DNA of 64,000 nt, taken from the NCBI GenBank assembly GCA_002633005.1, contig NMRA01000226.1, positions 251,728 through 315,727 of the forward strand. Direction: 5' to 3'. A program made the translations under genes and the position numbers. Each line of letters begins with the position of its first letter. The stretch's first letter is position 1. Shown one piece after another: positions 50,254 through 63,308 of the stretch. Below the pieces are notes generated by a model. The model was not told the DNA's origin and did not search any database. It saw nothing but the letters and a program-made list of their open reading frames with translations. This stretch comes from Phoronis australis. Lineage: Eukaryota; Animalia; Phoronida.

Positions 50254-53200
50254 ATGTTGTCCCTCGCGCTAGTCCTCTGCTTGGGGACCAGCGCCTGGTC
50301 TAAGGATATTCACGGAGGGGTGCCCATGGGTGTACTCAACCCACTGTGCGACGATGGCAAGGTAAGGTTCATTAAATTAAACAAAGAATGTGTAGATCTA
50401 GGCTGTTTGCGGGTCCAACGTTGATCAGAAAGCTCCCAGATATCTAAGAGCAACGTTTGCCTGAAATTGCAGTACAGGTTTGGTCATGCAGCACGCTGAA
50501 TTAACCGTTAACTATTCAAAAAGTAACTCCCACTTCCTTTTTTAACATTTTCACAAAAGACGCAACCTCATGCTATGAATTACATTACAGGCAATTTCCA
50601 ATACTGTGGTGTGTCACTCACTCTAATTGATTGTAAAGGAAAAATTAAAAAGCTAAAACCAAGGTGAAATTCAAATACTCAGATAAAAATGACAAACTTC
50701 TCCAAATCAAAAGTTGCAAAATGGCGATTTCTTGGAATCGAATAGAGAAATCCTTCAGTTTTCAGTTGGTAACTAAGGGCATTTACATAACGGTATCCTT
50801 TCGTCATTACGCAAGAGTAATCACTGGTTAGTAGAGTAATAACATCTGGGGGTATTTATTTTGTCATTCTCTGGTGAGTTATTGTGTGGTATTATACCGG
50901 TCAATTCCACGGTCACATGATTTAATTGATACTGAATAGTTATGAAACCGTCATGTCTCAGTGAGTTGATATTTAGAGAGTTGGAAAGAACTGAAATTAA
51001 ACTTACTAGTAAAAACAGATCAAAGTCGTGTCTTCAATTAAGTATATGTATGTATATGTACATGCATATATCTCAATTAAGGGACTATCCAATTAAAACA
51101 AATTATTTTATAAAATATTTAGTTTCGGATATGCTACACATATGATTTATTGGTGATTGAATCTACCCAGTCAGACGTCACGAAAAGTGAAGAATGCTAA
51201 GGTGTGAATACATTTTATGTGCCCAGTGAACTGCGGTTGTCATCTGATGGCCACGTTATACGTGTCCAAGATATACAAACTGGAATCACCAAGATGAGTT
51301 TAGACGTGCGTGGACACTGCAAAATTGTTTTGAAATGTAATCTGAATTTTTGCACATGTCGGTAGGCTCCAGTGACCGACTTCGTATTGACTGAAAAGTG
51401 AATTGTAAAATCTAGTTCTTACTGATATTTACAGACAAATCTGACTGTTGACTGGGATTACACGAAGGACGATGAGTACGTCTGCAAAGGAGATATCCTC
51501 AACCCTATACAGGTAGTTTGCCACTATGGAACTTTTAGCGACTGAAACCAATAGCTGACTGTCGAAATAGCCGCGCCATTTTGAAATTCACTAACCGTCC
51601 TGACGGCAATCAGGTCTTTGATGGACAAGCGTTCACAGATCTCATGTAATGCAGACGGGAGGTTACAAAAAGAGTGACACCATTTTTACCATTATAATGC
51701 CGGCACATATCCACTGCTGTGTGGTGGAATGTACTAATGACTTGTGAAAAAAGGCAAAAGCTTTGAAAGATCAATGGATGAACAAAGACATCGAGTTCCA
51801 TACAATTCCTACTGCAATTAAGACTATCCGCGACAAAGCCACAGAGTGGCTGTGGCTGATAAAGCGAGAGAATTTCGATCCCAGCCGGTGTCAAAAAGCT
51901 ACAATAAATTGATGAACCTAAACTAATCAAACAATGGAAGGACTGACAGTAGAATCCTTTTCTCTGCTTTTATATTGATGAACCACCAAATCCGAGTCGG
52001 CATCAATCGGAAATCACTTTAGTGCTACAGGGTTTTCCGTAGATAAACCCACCCGGTGAAACGCCTATGGGCATTTATTCGGAAAATTATACCAAATACA
52101 CGCCCAGTGGGCGTCTTGAGACCATGCAACATCATGCAAGGTCACAGACTCGTCCGTAATCCAAACTGCGCATAGATCGCTGTCACACTCTGTAGTGTTT
52201 AGTCTTGGGAACCAACCTGTCACAAAATGTTTCTTGAGTAAGCTTTCAAGCTTACTACCCTTCAAAAGTGGCGTCACCGTTGATGGTATTTTTACTAAAA
52301 TAAGAATTTTACCCCGGGTATACAAAACACCCGCAAAATAAAAGGCTATATTGGCGACTCAGTCCAATATTCATACACTAGGTGACGCTTTCGCCAGATT
52401 TTTCTACGGTCAGGCAAAAATATTGACAGCGACGACAGAGAAGAAAAAGTTAGAAAAATCTTCAGATATTGAGTAATTGAACTCTCCAACTGCTTTTTGT
52501 TTGTACTGAACTCCCGTGATAATCACTAAGGTGTTTATTCTTGGGGACTCCTATGCAGTTCATATCCATTACAGGTGCCCACCAAAGTCCAGTGTGAGCC
52601 TCTCCATCAGGTAAGTTACAATTCAAAAGTAATTAAGCACTTGCTAAAATGAAGTCTGTCTGTTTGTCGTACAGGGACTAGAAATATGTTATGACAGATA
52701 CTAGTGTTAGGGTTAGAAGTTGTTTCGCGTGCAAGTTTTATACTCACGGAATTATTGTTATATATATATATATATATATATAAATTGAACCTTGTAAACG
52801 TAGTGAATGCTTTCATGACATTTTCAAGATGTTTGAAAAACAATTACATATGACTGGAATTTTATTGACCATGCGTTCATTTTTCCATCATCCCTATACA
52901 TGTATATCCTCATATTTCTTTTCAGCCATTGCACAAGTGCATGACAACCCGAATCGAGTATTCTGATCCAATACCTATGAGGTGCGTTTACAGTGGCAGT
53001 TCGTCGAAGTACGCCACCGTTCATAATGTTTTTTTTGCAAACATCACGTAACCAGTTAAAATGAAGCTTTCACATAAGCAAACTATTATCTTGCTCAGGA
53101 AAAGTGCAGTGCTCTTACTGAGAATCATACATGGAAAACTTCGGGTTTCGTATCCTCAACCGAGATTTTGATGTCTTATGTTAACGATTTGTGCGCATAT

Positions 53201-56200
53201 GCTAATTTCAAACGGTAAGTCATGTGACCCTCATACTGGAGAGTGTTTGGTCGTATAACTGAAGTTCGCACATGCACTGATCATAACGCTTATTCCTCGT
53301 TCCGGCGTCCAGCGCGCAGACGGCTTAGTGCAATCCAAAAATCTGTCAAGTTAATGACTGTTATTGCATCTTTATTTGGAAAGTACCGAGTTAAAGTTAA
53401 TTTCGCGGTTGAAAGATCCTATAAGGAATACATAAAACAACGTTTTGTTATTTTGTTATTATTATATACATATTAACTTAAATGTCTTGTAAGCAATGTA
53501 TCATGAAGACAAACCTTCAATTTCTAAGAAAAGCTTTGGCGATGCTGCGCATTTACTACGAAGTAAAACCAGCGCAGCATACACGGAGAGTGAGCCTATA
53601 AATGTGTTTTTCGTTAGTGCAGAATGGCCGTGGAACCTAGAACTAAAAATAAAAGGATATAACCACGAAGTGACTTACCTGTGCTCCTACTGGCAGGCAC
53701 AATCTGTTTTGTAATACGTTTATCGTATGCATCACAACAACTTAGAGAAGAAACAATTTAAACATTAACATTAACCCTTCAGCGGGGGTGTAAATACACA
53801 AACGTATTTTAATAAAGGACATGCGCAGGAATCAACTGTATTCACACTTGTAAGTATTAGATTGTAAATTAAAAAGTCCGTCAACAGGCATCCATTTTTT
53901 CTGAAATGTTCATAATTCAGGCTCTTATAGTAAATTACCTTTTCCATGTTATGCTATTCCAAAAATTCATCTTTCAGCCATTGCAAGCAGACAAACTTTT
54001 TAATTGCAATGACCCTATATTGATAATTTTTACTTTATTATTTTGGCGAAACATGATGGTCATAATCTCAGCACAAATAAGGAACAGATAGGGAGAGAGA
54101 GAGGCTCCCTGACGGTAGCCGCGACCAATTTCAAAAAAACTGTAATTAAACGTGAATCCATGTTGCGCCCTTGTTCAGAAGGCGAACCCAATTTGCGATT
54201 TTTTCCAAAATTGAAAAAAGTTTTGTATATAAATTTCCATGAGACAGAATGATGCTTTTTTGAAGTCTACCGTTACTAAGAGACTTGGGATACTATGTTC
54301 ATTAGTGAAATGAAGTAGATCGCATATTGTTCTCGTATTTTCTCCAGTAAATCTCCTTTTTTTAATCCTGATTGATCGTTGCTAATTAATTTATTAATGA
54401 CTGACTTATTACGTTGGGCGATACAGCCCGAAAAAATCTTGTAGCTCGTATTCAATAGCGAGATAGGGGTCCAATTTCCAAGATGCTCTCTGAATTTTTT
54501 TCTCTTAGGAATAATAGAAATGACACCTTGACGTTAGCTATCAGGTAAGCAATCCCCTCCTATTGAATGATCTTACCATAAAGGCAGGCAGAAATTTCTT
54601 TCCAAAAAAAAACAGGGAAGCCATCAGGACCTGGCGTTTTGTCGTTTTTCATCTGTCGCAGGCCCATTCTTCGTTGCTCAGTTACCCAACCTCGTTTTAT
54701 CATGAGCCATGATAGTCTCAAGCTACTAGCCTTTTTGGAACACTACTTTAAATACTGATAGTTTTTAAAGAATGTGACACTTGGTAACGAAGTTAGACAA
54801 TGACCTTACGAACCTTGTGATGTTCGCTTCTTAGTTTCAGCGGTCGAAACTGAGGGAAGAGAGAAAGATTCATTTAGAGCCATAATTATCAAAAAACATG
54901 AAAACGTTACCTCAAGGATGGCTCTAGGTAAACCCTGTAAGTTGTGAAGCCGTGAAAATCAGATGCTATCAAAACAGCTTAAAACTGCATATTATCATTA
55001 CAAAAATAAGTACATTTTAAATTATGAAAAGAACATTGTTCACAGTAGCTTTAAGAATCCCTTTGAACCGTCCTCGAGTAAGACTCGTTGTGTATCAATT
55101 TTGAATTCGGCGTTCCATTCAAACGCTCGTCTAGCCGCTTTTCCCTTCATTCTAGTGGGGCTCATCGACCCATTCGGCCTGTGTACGGAGAATATCGGTA
55201 TCTTCCACCTCAGAGATGGCTACATTCTTTAGAGGTAAACATTTTTGCGATTGTTACGTTACTGAGGAAAATGGACTGTGGACTGAAAATTACAGTATTC
55301 AAAACAAAGAGATAATTTTATGTTGAACACCTCATGGGCGAAGCAGCACTGAAAAAAGTAGGGAGCTATAGCCCCCCCCCAGCCCCCTATGGTGGGCGCC
55401 CATACACCTATTGCATAGTTGTAACAGTTCGAGAGTGAAAAAACGTGACCACTGGATTGAGAAGCGGGACGGGATAGAATGTTTTCTATCCACACGTCTC
55501 TGGGTCTGTGCCAAAACGCAAGGTTGAAATGCTCGCCGAAACACAAAAACCCGACTGCATCTTTTGTCGAACCTGAGACGTAACACCCAAAAGCGTCTGA
55601 ACGCGTTCTTTGTTTTATTTAATGGAATGAGAAATTGCAGGTATCGCAAAAACCTATGAAAATTCCCGTCTTTTGTTTAATCGAATACGAAAATAGGGCA
55701 CTGTCGTGTGGGGAATAGCAATGCAGTATATGATAATATGTCAAAAAGCGGAACATTTTGATTGTGTGGAGGGGATGGCGGGAAAATTTCAAAAAGTGGC
55801 CGCCATTTTGCTAAAAGTATGTCAATAGTAAGCTTCCAAACATAGTGTCGAAACACTCTGCTTCGCTCGTGATTTTGAGAATTCTTGAGAGATATTGCTT
55901 TTCTCGCAAGAAACCGGGTCTACGGATCATTTCCAGGCTTCCCTTGATCCTTTAAACAGCATCCAATGAACTAATGACCTATACAAGTTTTATCACCCTT
56001 CCAGTATTTTAAACCTAGTTACACCGTTTCAGCATGGTGCAATAGCGATGCTGTATCACCCGTGTGCTAATAAAGATGAAGTCCAGCAACTGCGACACTT
56101 GGTGACGGGCTGCTTGTGGCGCCACGTGATCACGCCATCCAGAAGATTGTCACCGGAAAAGGTAACGTCCCATATAACACGAGTGGAGGGGATAACTCCT

Positions 56201-59200
56201 TACACTCGGTGGATGATTCGATATTTATTTTTCGTATATACACATATTTAGGCCCAAGTGCTACAGTATATTCAAAGCCTCAAGAAATCTGGGAATACGG
56301 TAAATACATGTACAGTTGAGTCTTACTATGCTTGATAATGGACATAGGAGCATCCCTTTTATTTTTGAAGCCTTTTCTGCCGAAGGATATCTCAAACCTT
56401 ATCCACCAAAATTGGTCATTTTACAATATCTCACATATGTCTAACAAAATACTATATCTTTATTCTCGGAGAACTTCAAATACGAAATACATACCGATTA
56501 GTGTGAAAAAAGGTTTAGCAGAACTACTTTGGAACCGCACAACAGTGTGAAAATTTGTTTACTACTTATTCGAGGTAAAATGTTACGCGACTGTCACTCA
56601 AATCGAATCTCCAGCCAGACACAAAGCAGCTTCGCATGTACCCACAGTCCTTTCATTCCCCGAGTCGCCATAATATTGCATCAAGGACGAGTAATTATGA
56701 TGTACATGTAAAGATGCCGGGGAAAACTAAGACAAAACGTAGCTTTGATACAAGATAATTTTGTGTTGGCGTTCATACGTTGGTTGAGAACGAATGCTAC
56801 GATTCCCCTCCCACCTCTGTGACTTTGTGTTCACGAACACAGCAAGTTGTGAAAAGAGATAAATCCTGAGCCAAAATCCATAATTTTTGTGATTTGACAT
56901 TTTGCTGTTTCGATCTGATGCTCACGGCATGCTTTAACCACCCACTCGATTTCTGTATTCATTTCGTACTTGGTTTTCACATCAGTCTCCCAGCGCGTGA
57001 TGTGTCTGACAATGAACTGTTGACCTACTTTAAAGTGGACCACAATAAACCAGTTTGACCCACTTAAAATGCTGGCTCCTCCGCCAGTTACCGCGTTGGA
57101 TTCGATGCACTGGATATCGTCTAGGTTTAGATTAAAGGTTTTGGTGATAATTAAGGTAAGTACGCACTGCAAATTTAGACAACATTGCGCTTGAATGATG
57201 AAATAATGAACGTAGCTGAAAGGTGTATAGGTTGTGTTGACCAAAAACAAGTTTACACCGAATAATTAACCGAAGACCTTGAGACTTTAACCTCATTCTC
57301 GGATGCAGCAAATTGACTTAGTTGGAAGTTAAGAACACGATTTCTCACGAACGGCTCGGTGGATATCGCAGAAACTTACCAAACTTAATATTTATTCATC
57401 AAAAACGATGTTACGATTTACGATGTAGTTTTTGCGTATTCTAGCAAAGACGTCTTGCTAGTTGATTTGTCATAGAAATCAAACGAAAAGACTAATCGAA
57501 AATTCCCTATAGCGTTTTTGAGATAACTATCCAACACCTAGGCCAAACTAAATTCGATTGAGAAAACTCTACATAAATCATGTCAAATACCACTTCAATT
57601 ATAAAAACAAAAAACCTTGGAGACATATCAGTGCAGGCTGCTAATGTTTGTACTATAGCGTAATGACTCCCGGTTGAGATTAGAAACTGGACGAGAGCCA
57701 GTCTTGTGAACATACCATACGAAACCCTTAGGTTCCAGATTCAGCATCACCGTTGCTTTGTTTCGTTGCAGCCCCTTGCACTGGTCTCCTGGGGTTGCAG
57801 ATTGGAACTGAGTCACTACGACCATGAAGCGGCGCAGAGTTTCATTGTTGTAAGTCGTTTTGCGAATATTAATGTAATTATGGTAAAACTAAATCCTGTT
57901 AAAGTTAAAAGTGATTTATCATTTGGTGTTTCAATTTGTTGAATGCGTACTGAATGTTCGTTAAAATGACGTAATCGACTGACGATCGTAGACAACAGTT
58001 GGTTGCAGCTTCTTTATGAATAGCACTTCGATATTCCTACATGAACGTGTTTTACATATTGTTTTGTTTTTGCAAAAATGTGCCGGGGGAAAGGTCCCAG
58101 CTGTTGAACTACGCGACCTTCAAATAACATCTTAGCTCGCACTCCAACCGCACTATGCCTAGCACGTAATTTACTAGTGTTCAAGCGAAACCAGTTGCCT
58201 ACCGGAGCAATCTTGGTCCTCTGAAAGTACTCAACTCACTTGGCACACGCGGCAGTAGAACGCTCGATTTCGTTCCCAAATGCTTATTCTACAAAGGTTA
58301 TTCCTCAAATACATTGTATGCCTGTGCTCCGGCTGTAAAAGCCTCTTTTTCACATACCCGCATCAGATCATTGACCCATAGTTTTTCACGCTAGATCTGG
58401 CCCATCACCGCTATCCAGTCTGCCTTCTATTTCACAGCGCTTGACAACAAAACAGCTGATGACGTCGCCTTCTCGATTTCTTTAACTTTGACCAAAAGGC
58501 TTATTAGGAATCAGTAATTCACAATCAAATATAAAAACTAATGGTTTGGCTCTTTTTAGCTTTGGTCTAAGATAATATTTCCAAGAAGCATGGGCGGCGC
58601 ACCATAGGGAATGGGGGAGTTATAGCCCCCCACTTTTTTCAGTGCTACGCTGCACATGGTCTATAGGTGATGCACCACAGGGAGGCTAAGGGGCTTTAGC
58701 CCCCACTTTTTTCAGTGCTGCGACGCCCATGAGAAGTCAACCGAAACCAAAATAAAATCTAAAATGCTTTGATTATATGCGTTTAAGCGTTGAATATTAA
58801 TGTGGATGAACTATGTTGGAATGTAAGATATTCCGTTACCATATCAGTATCTGATACATGTACGAGTGAAAATTAAAGTACCTTTTACGTTGTGAACTTT
58901 CAAGAGAGAAGTTTAGAACTAGTTTTAGCGTAGAAGGGATAAAGGATAGACCGCCGGAAGATAGCATGTCAAGGATGAAGATTGTTGTGTTAAAAGTGAC
59001 ATTCTGTAACCTTACAATAGCCCAAATGCAGAAACGTATTGCGCATGTCAGGAAGTATTTGAAGCATTGCGTACTGGGATTGACCCGGGCAGCCCGCCTT
59101 GAATAAGGAAAGCGCTTCTTAGACCTTTCCGCGAGCGCTCCGAATTGTTAGATGTGGCTAAAGAATAATGTTTCCCATCTTGGTTTTGTTGGCGATGCAG

Positions 59201-59631
59201 CTTGAGAAATGCTCGCTAAAAAGGAAAGTGCTTTCCCCTAGCCCTATTTTATGTTTTCATATACATTTTGTGGATATGCAGCTATAGCTTTGACATATTT
59301 TTCCGGGACAATGCAAAGTGGTTACCAGGGTCTATTCCAGGATGCACCGTGGCACCAGAGGGCGCTGCTTTCAAAATGTCGGATCTGCATATCGGCTATT
59401 TGTACAGACTTCGCTTTTCTTGCTTAATTAGAACGCAACCTGTTGCATAAACTCTGAAATAACATTTCTATTTATATTATGTGCGTTTGATTTCAGAATC
59501 ACGCTAAGAAGGGTGGAGAACACACTTCAGATGATGGGCAATATAAGTTGGGATTGTTACACAAGTCTGTTATCGTGTGTGGACAAAACGACGACAACCT
59601 ATGTCTCGTAGACCCCAATATCAAGTGTTAG
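50254..59631 (+). CDS. TP53I13-like / DUF3105-domain secreted protein, copy 2 (8 exons, 232 aa)
   Basis: Exons 50254-50361, 51435-51512, 52575-52610, 52926-52981, 55156-55234, 56033-56161, 57772-57849 and 59497-59631. Exon lengths and phases equal copy 1 except for the last exon. Core motif [38 protein letters not shown]; AATAAA at 59643-59648. Confidence 0.9.
51555..52030 (+). mobile_element. Degenerate THAP-domain transposon fragment in intron 2 of copy 2
   Basis: From ATG 51697: [61 protein letters not shown]. This has the THAP pattern CxxxxC...FH..P...W...I.R...P with one internal stop. Homologous to ~61925-62450. Confidence 0.6.
52759..52781. repeat. (TA)n microsatellite
   Basis: Pure TA run in intron 3 of copy 2. 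Confidence 0.9.
55333..55404. mobile_element. 72-bp mini-MITE with 5-bp TSD
   Basis: CATGGGCG...CGCCCATA flanked by CACCT on both sides. Confidence 0.7.
58589..58731. mobile_element. Dimeric mini-MITE with 5-bp TSD
   Basis: CATGGGCG...CGCCCATG flanked by AGAAG. Contains two head-to-tail ~70-bp units (GCACCA.AGGG...TAGCCCCC(C)ACTTTTTTCAGTGCT) related to 55333-55404. Confidence 0.7.
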
Positions 59632-61419
59632 GCCTATAAGTAAATAAACTCCACGGTTTCAATGTGTTCATTTGTATTGTAATATTTTCAAAGATAGCCT
59701 AATAGTTAATACATAGTCAATGCGTGATCGTTTGGTGTACCTTTCCGGAAATAAATGGAATGCAAGGACAACGATACGCACAACGGTGTTGCCGTGGTGT
59801 CGGGCAAATTCTCGATATAAGTGAATGTCTGAATTAGCAGAGTGTCGTCGCTACCAAGGATCCAATTTTATTATTGTAGAATTTTACAGATAATAATTAT
59901 CAACACAATCTGGCAAGAAGATATATGTTCAAATCCTTTTAATCTATGAACACAAAAATAAAGTCCATAAGCTTATTATCACGAGATTACTGTTTATAAT
60001 CGTAAGTTTTCTCAGGGTTCGCTTACGACAGTTTTGATTTTCGACAGACGATTTCTCTGTCTAAAAGCCCTTAAAAGAAGACTTTTAAGTCTTAAAAGAA
60101 ATCAAGCTGTAGCAAATGGAATAAAACATTATTTACTAGTTCAGCGCTCTTACACGTAGACTTTCCTCTCGGCCGCATGTTGGACACATTTCTTCTCTAG
60201 CAAACACTATTGAATTCTCGAGGATGTATATTCTCCTCTCGCAGACGCATATCTCCCCCTCCCGGATATAGTTCTTTTCTCATTGACCAACCATCCCGAA
60301 CATTGTCCCCTGCCAGCGGTGCCACTTTCCCTCTCAACGACGAACAAACTCGTCGATCAATCTGCTGGACTATTTTTGAAGCTGTTTCATTTTTTCAATA
60401 AATTAATTGAACATCATAAAATTGAATAAAGCCAATCTTTTTCTCACTTCGTAATGTGAACTGCCATGGAATTAATTATCAACAATTAGTCATACTTTAT
60501 CAGCACTGATTCATGCTCACTAGGGCATAGTGAGTTCAATAACATCTTCTGTTTAAGGTTATATAGGATCTTTTTGACAAGTCTGCGTATTTTGCAGTAG
60601 AACGCACGTAGAATTTGATTTTTGACTTTTTGCCAATTTGCCTTCAATTGGTTCACGTGACCACGTATTTTGAAGTAAAATTATGCCAAAACAGAAAAGT
60701 AGTACTTTGACAGCAAAACAACAGTATACTGAATAACATAACAAAATTTTATTCGATTCAAATATTCACGACAGTATCTCGAAAACGATAAAAATCGTAC
60801 AAGTTCTATTTTTATCGCCCCTCATGCGAAAGTGGGAAAATTCAACTACAATTCCTAAAACTGTCTTTGAGAACAATGCATAAAGTACAACTACTATGTC
60901 TTAAAGTTTCACCACTAATCATTTCTAGGTAATTCCAAATGCCAAATTTCCGAGAGCCTTACATAACCAAAGTGGCTTTAAAATATAATGCATTCAATCA
61001 ACTCAACGGTCCAAACCTGCCCCGTTGGTTACTAAAGACTTTAAAGTCAGGATAAAATGAGCCAAATCCCTTTAGGACATGATAAGCACAAGCATGTACA
61101 TGTACCTTCTTGTTTTATTCCTAGCATTAATCAATTACATGTACGCTAATTACTATATGGCAACCCGATCAGGAACCCCATTCTGAGCTGAAAAATAATT
61201 AGGTGACGCTCGTTGTAATCGACAAAAATGACGTCATTTTGTGAGACGAGAAGCCCAACGAGACGTTACACATTTTATGGAGCGAGTGGCCCACACACAA
61301 CATGACAGAAGGCCAACTGGCGATTTTTTGCTCTTGGATCCGAATATTCAAATACCTCGTGATGGACGGACGTTACGAACACAGAGAGAGCATCAGAGAG
61401 AGCCATAGCGACTTCCAAA

Positions 61420-62450
61420 GACCATTCCCACAGCGAACTCCAAAATATTACCCATACTGATTTTCGTGACCGATGGTGCCACCCCCGGGAATGCCTAACG
61501 AACATTTATCCTGAACAAGACTGGTGTAAGGGCCGGCCACGGGTAATCTGTAAATGGGTTTGATATCGTGAGTACCGCGTCGTGCAACTCTTCGCTTGCC
61601 TCCGTAGGATGGATTGTGATAATGTGGTTCTATACTGACGCAGCAGTTTTGTCTAAATATGATCATAAACACTTGTTAGAGTTTCTATCGTTGTGAAATG
61701 CTAGCACGAGACTTCCGCCATAATAGATTTGTGCTTGTGGGACCACCGCAGCAGTTACTACGGTGGGCGTGGCCTTACTGCGTTTGTGGGAACTATCAAT
61801 TGCACACAAGCGACAACGCATGCCTAATATGTGGCCTTTTCACGTGCAATATTTATCCATTCAAGGATCATTTTAAAAAGTGGCTATGGGTCAAGTGATC
61901 CCCAGAGACTATGTGGTTCAATTCAGTGCTGACTTTTTAATGAAATACAGTAGTCTCGCCATAATGAAATTCACTCTTCCTCCAGACGGCGATCAGGTCT
62001 TTGTTGGACAAGCGTTTGTCGCCACCTATAGATCCCATATAGTGCAGACGGATTGTTTCAACCTACTGGTATAAACAGCGTTTTAACACATTTCCTGCTA
62101 CTATAAAGCCGCAAATTTACACTCCTGATCGGTGGGATGTACTAATGTGTTACGAAAATGGCAAACCTTTTGAAATATCGATGGATGAACAAAGACTTGG
62201 TGTTCCATACATTTCCCACTGCAAAGACGTATCCCCTGACAAAGCCACTGGCTGTGGCTGATAAAGTGGGAGAATGTCGATCACAGTCGTGGCGTCAACT
62301 GAAAAAACTAATACAAATTAGTGAATTTAAACTAATCAAATACTGGGAGGGGCTGGCATTGAACTTCATTCCTCTGTTTTTAAATGAATGAACCACAATG
62401 TATTAACTGAATTTCTGTCCACCAAATCTCAGTCAGAATCAAACCCAAAG
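61420..62450. mobile_element. Degenerate element: left part matches 48880-49510, right part matches the THAP fragment at 51555-52030
   Basis: Shared strings include AGCGAACTCCAAAATATTACCCATACTG, GGTGGGCGTGGCCT.ACTGCGTTTGT, GACGGC.ATCAGGTCTTTG.TGGACAAGCGTT, ATGGATGAACAAAGAC and TGGCTGTGGCTGATAAAG. Confidence 0.6.
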
Positions 62451-63206
62451 TCATTTATGTGGTCTCATTACTTTAGAGAGCGCCAAATAGTCCCCTATCT
62501 ACGGAAACCAAAGGTCGCGTTTACTTCCTCTACCCTTTTCCAATTCTATTTGTAGCAGCATCTATCATGTGTGGAGTTGTCAGGTTTCGAGTGTAGCAAT
62601 AGCTTTAATTGCTTTTCAATTTAGTCAAGCAAAAATACACAATTGCGTGGGACCTGCATTTAATGTATACAATATGCAGAGCATTTGGTCTCCAACAATT
62701 TGCAGCGTTGGTAAACGCGGGTGCGTCACAGACAATAGCGAAGACGGCAACAAGGGGGAGTTTGCATTAGATTGAGCCCCCCAACCTCCGTATTATTTTT
62801 TAGTTTCCTTAGTACCTAGTATGCTGGACCCCATGTTACTGACATTGAGTTTGTTGTGAGATATTGTCGAAATTGTTTTAGGATATGAATGTGATGTATA
62901 TCATTTCCGTGGCAAGACAAAAAGACGTGATTACTAGTATAATTTTGATGAGGGTTAAACAATATGATGTGTCAATAAAGTTTGTTGATGCGGTACGCTT
63001 TCCTGAAAGTAGCCCTGATGCATGAGTTGAAATTAAATGTACATGTCAAGTGCAATACAATGAGTGATTGTCGTCAAATGCAGGTTACTTTAATCAACGA
63101 TTTTGTGTTATTAAGTAAAAACCCAGAAAAACACCACTAAAGCAGATTGGCTCCTCGCGTGAGTTCATCGCCATGTCTTACCGGAACGCTGGTTTTCATG
63201 CTTGTA

Positions 63207-63308
63207 ATGTTGTCCCTCGCGCTAGTTCTCTGCTTGGGGACCTGCGCCTTGTCTAAGGATATTCATGGAGAGGTGCCCATGGGTGTACTCAACCCACTGT
63301 GCGACTAG
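63207..63308 (+). pseudogene. TP53I13-like copy 3, exon 1 disrupted
   Basis: Reads [33 protein letters not shown] then TAG. Relative to copy 2, the DGK codons and the GTAAG donor are deleted. Promoter and intron-1 similarity to copy 2 continues on both sides (~63010-63830). Confidence 0.75.

Noticed and set aside
53968-53990. Second copy of the exon-4 acceptor (TTTCAGCCATTGCA) suggesting a mutually exclusive exon
   Set aside because: Similarity stops after about 14 nt, and no in-frame homologous exon or donor follows.
56831-57250. 139-aa minus-strand ORF, and a plus-frame stretch vaguely like a Cys-loop receptor N-terminus ending at a GTAAG donor
   Set aside because: The plus frame has several stops and only impressionistic similarity; the minus ORF has no motif. 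A BLASTX search would be needed.
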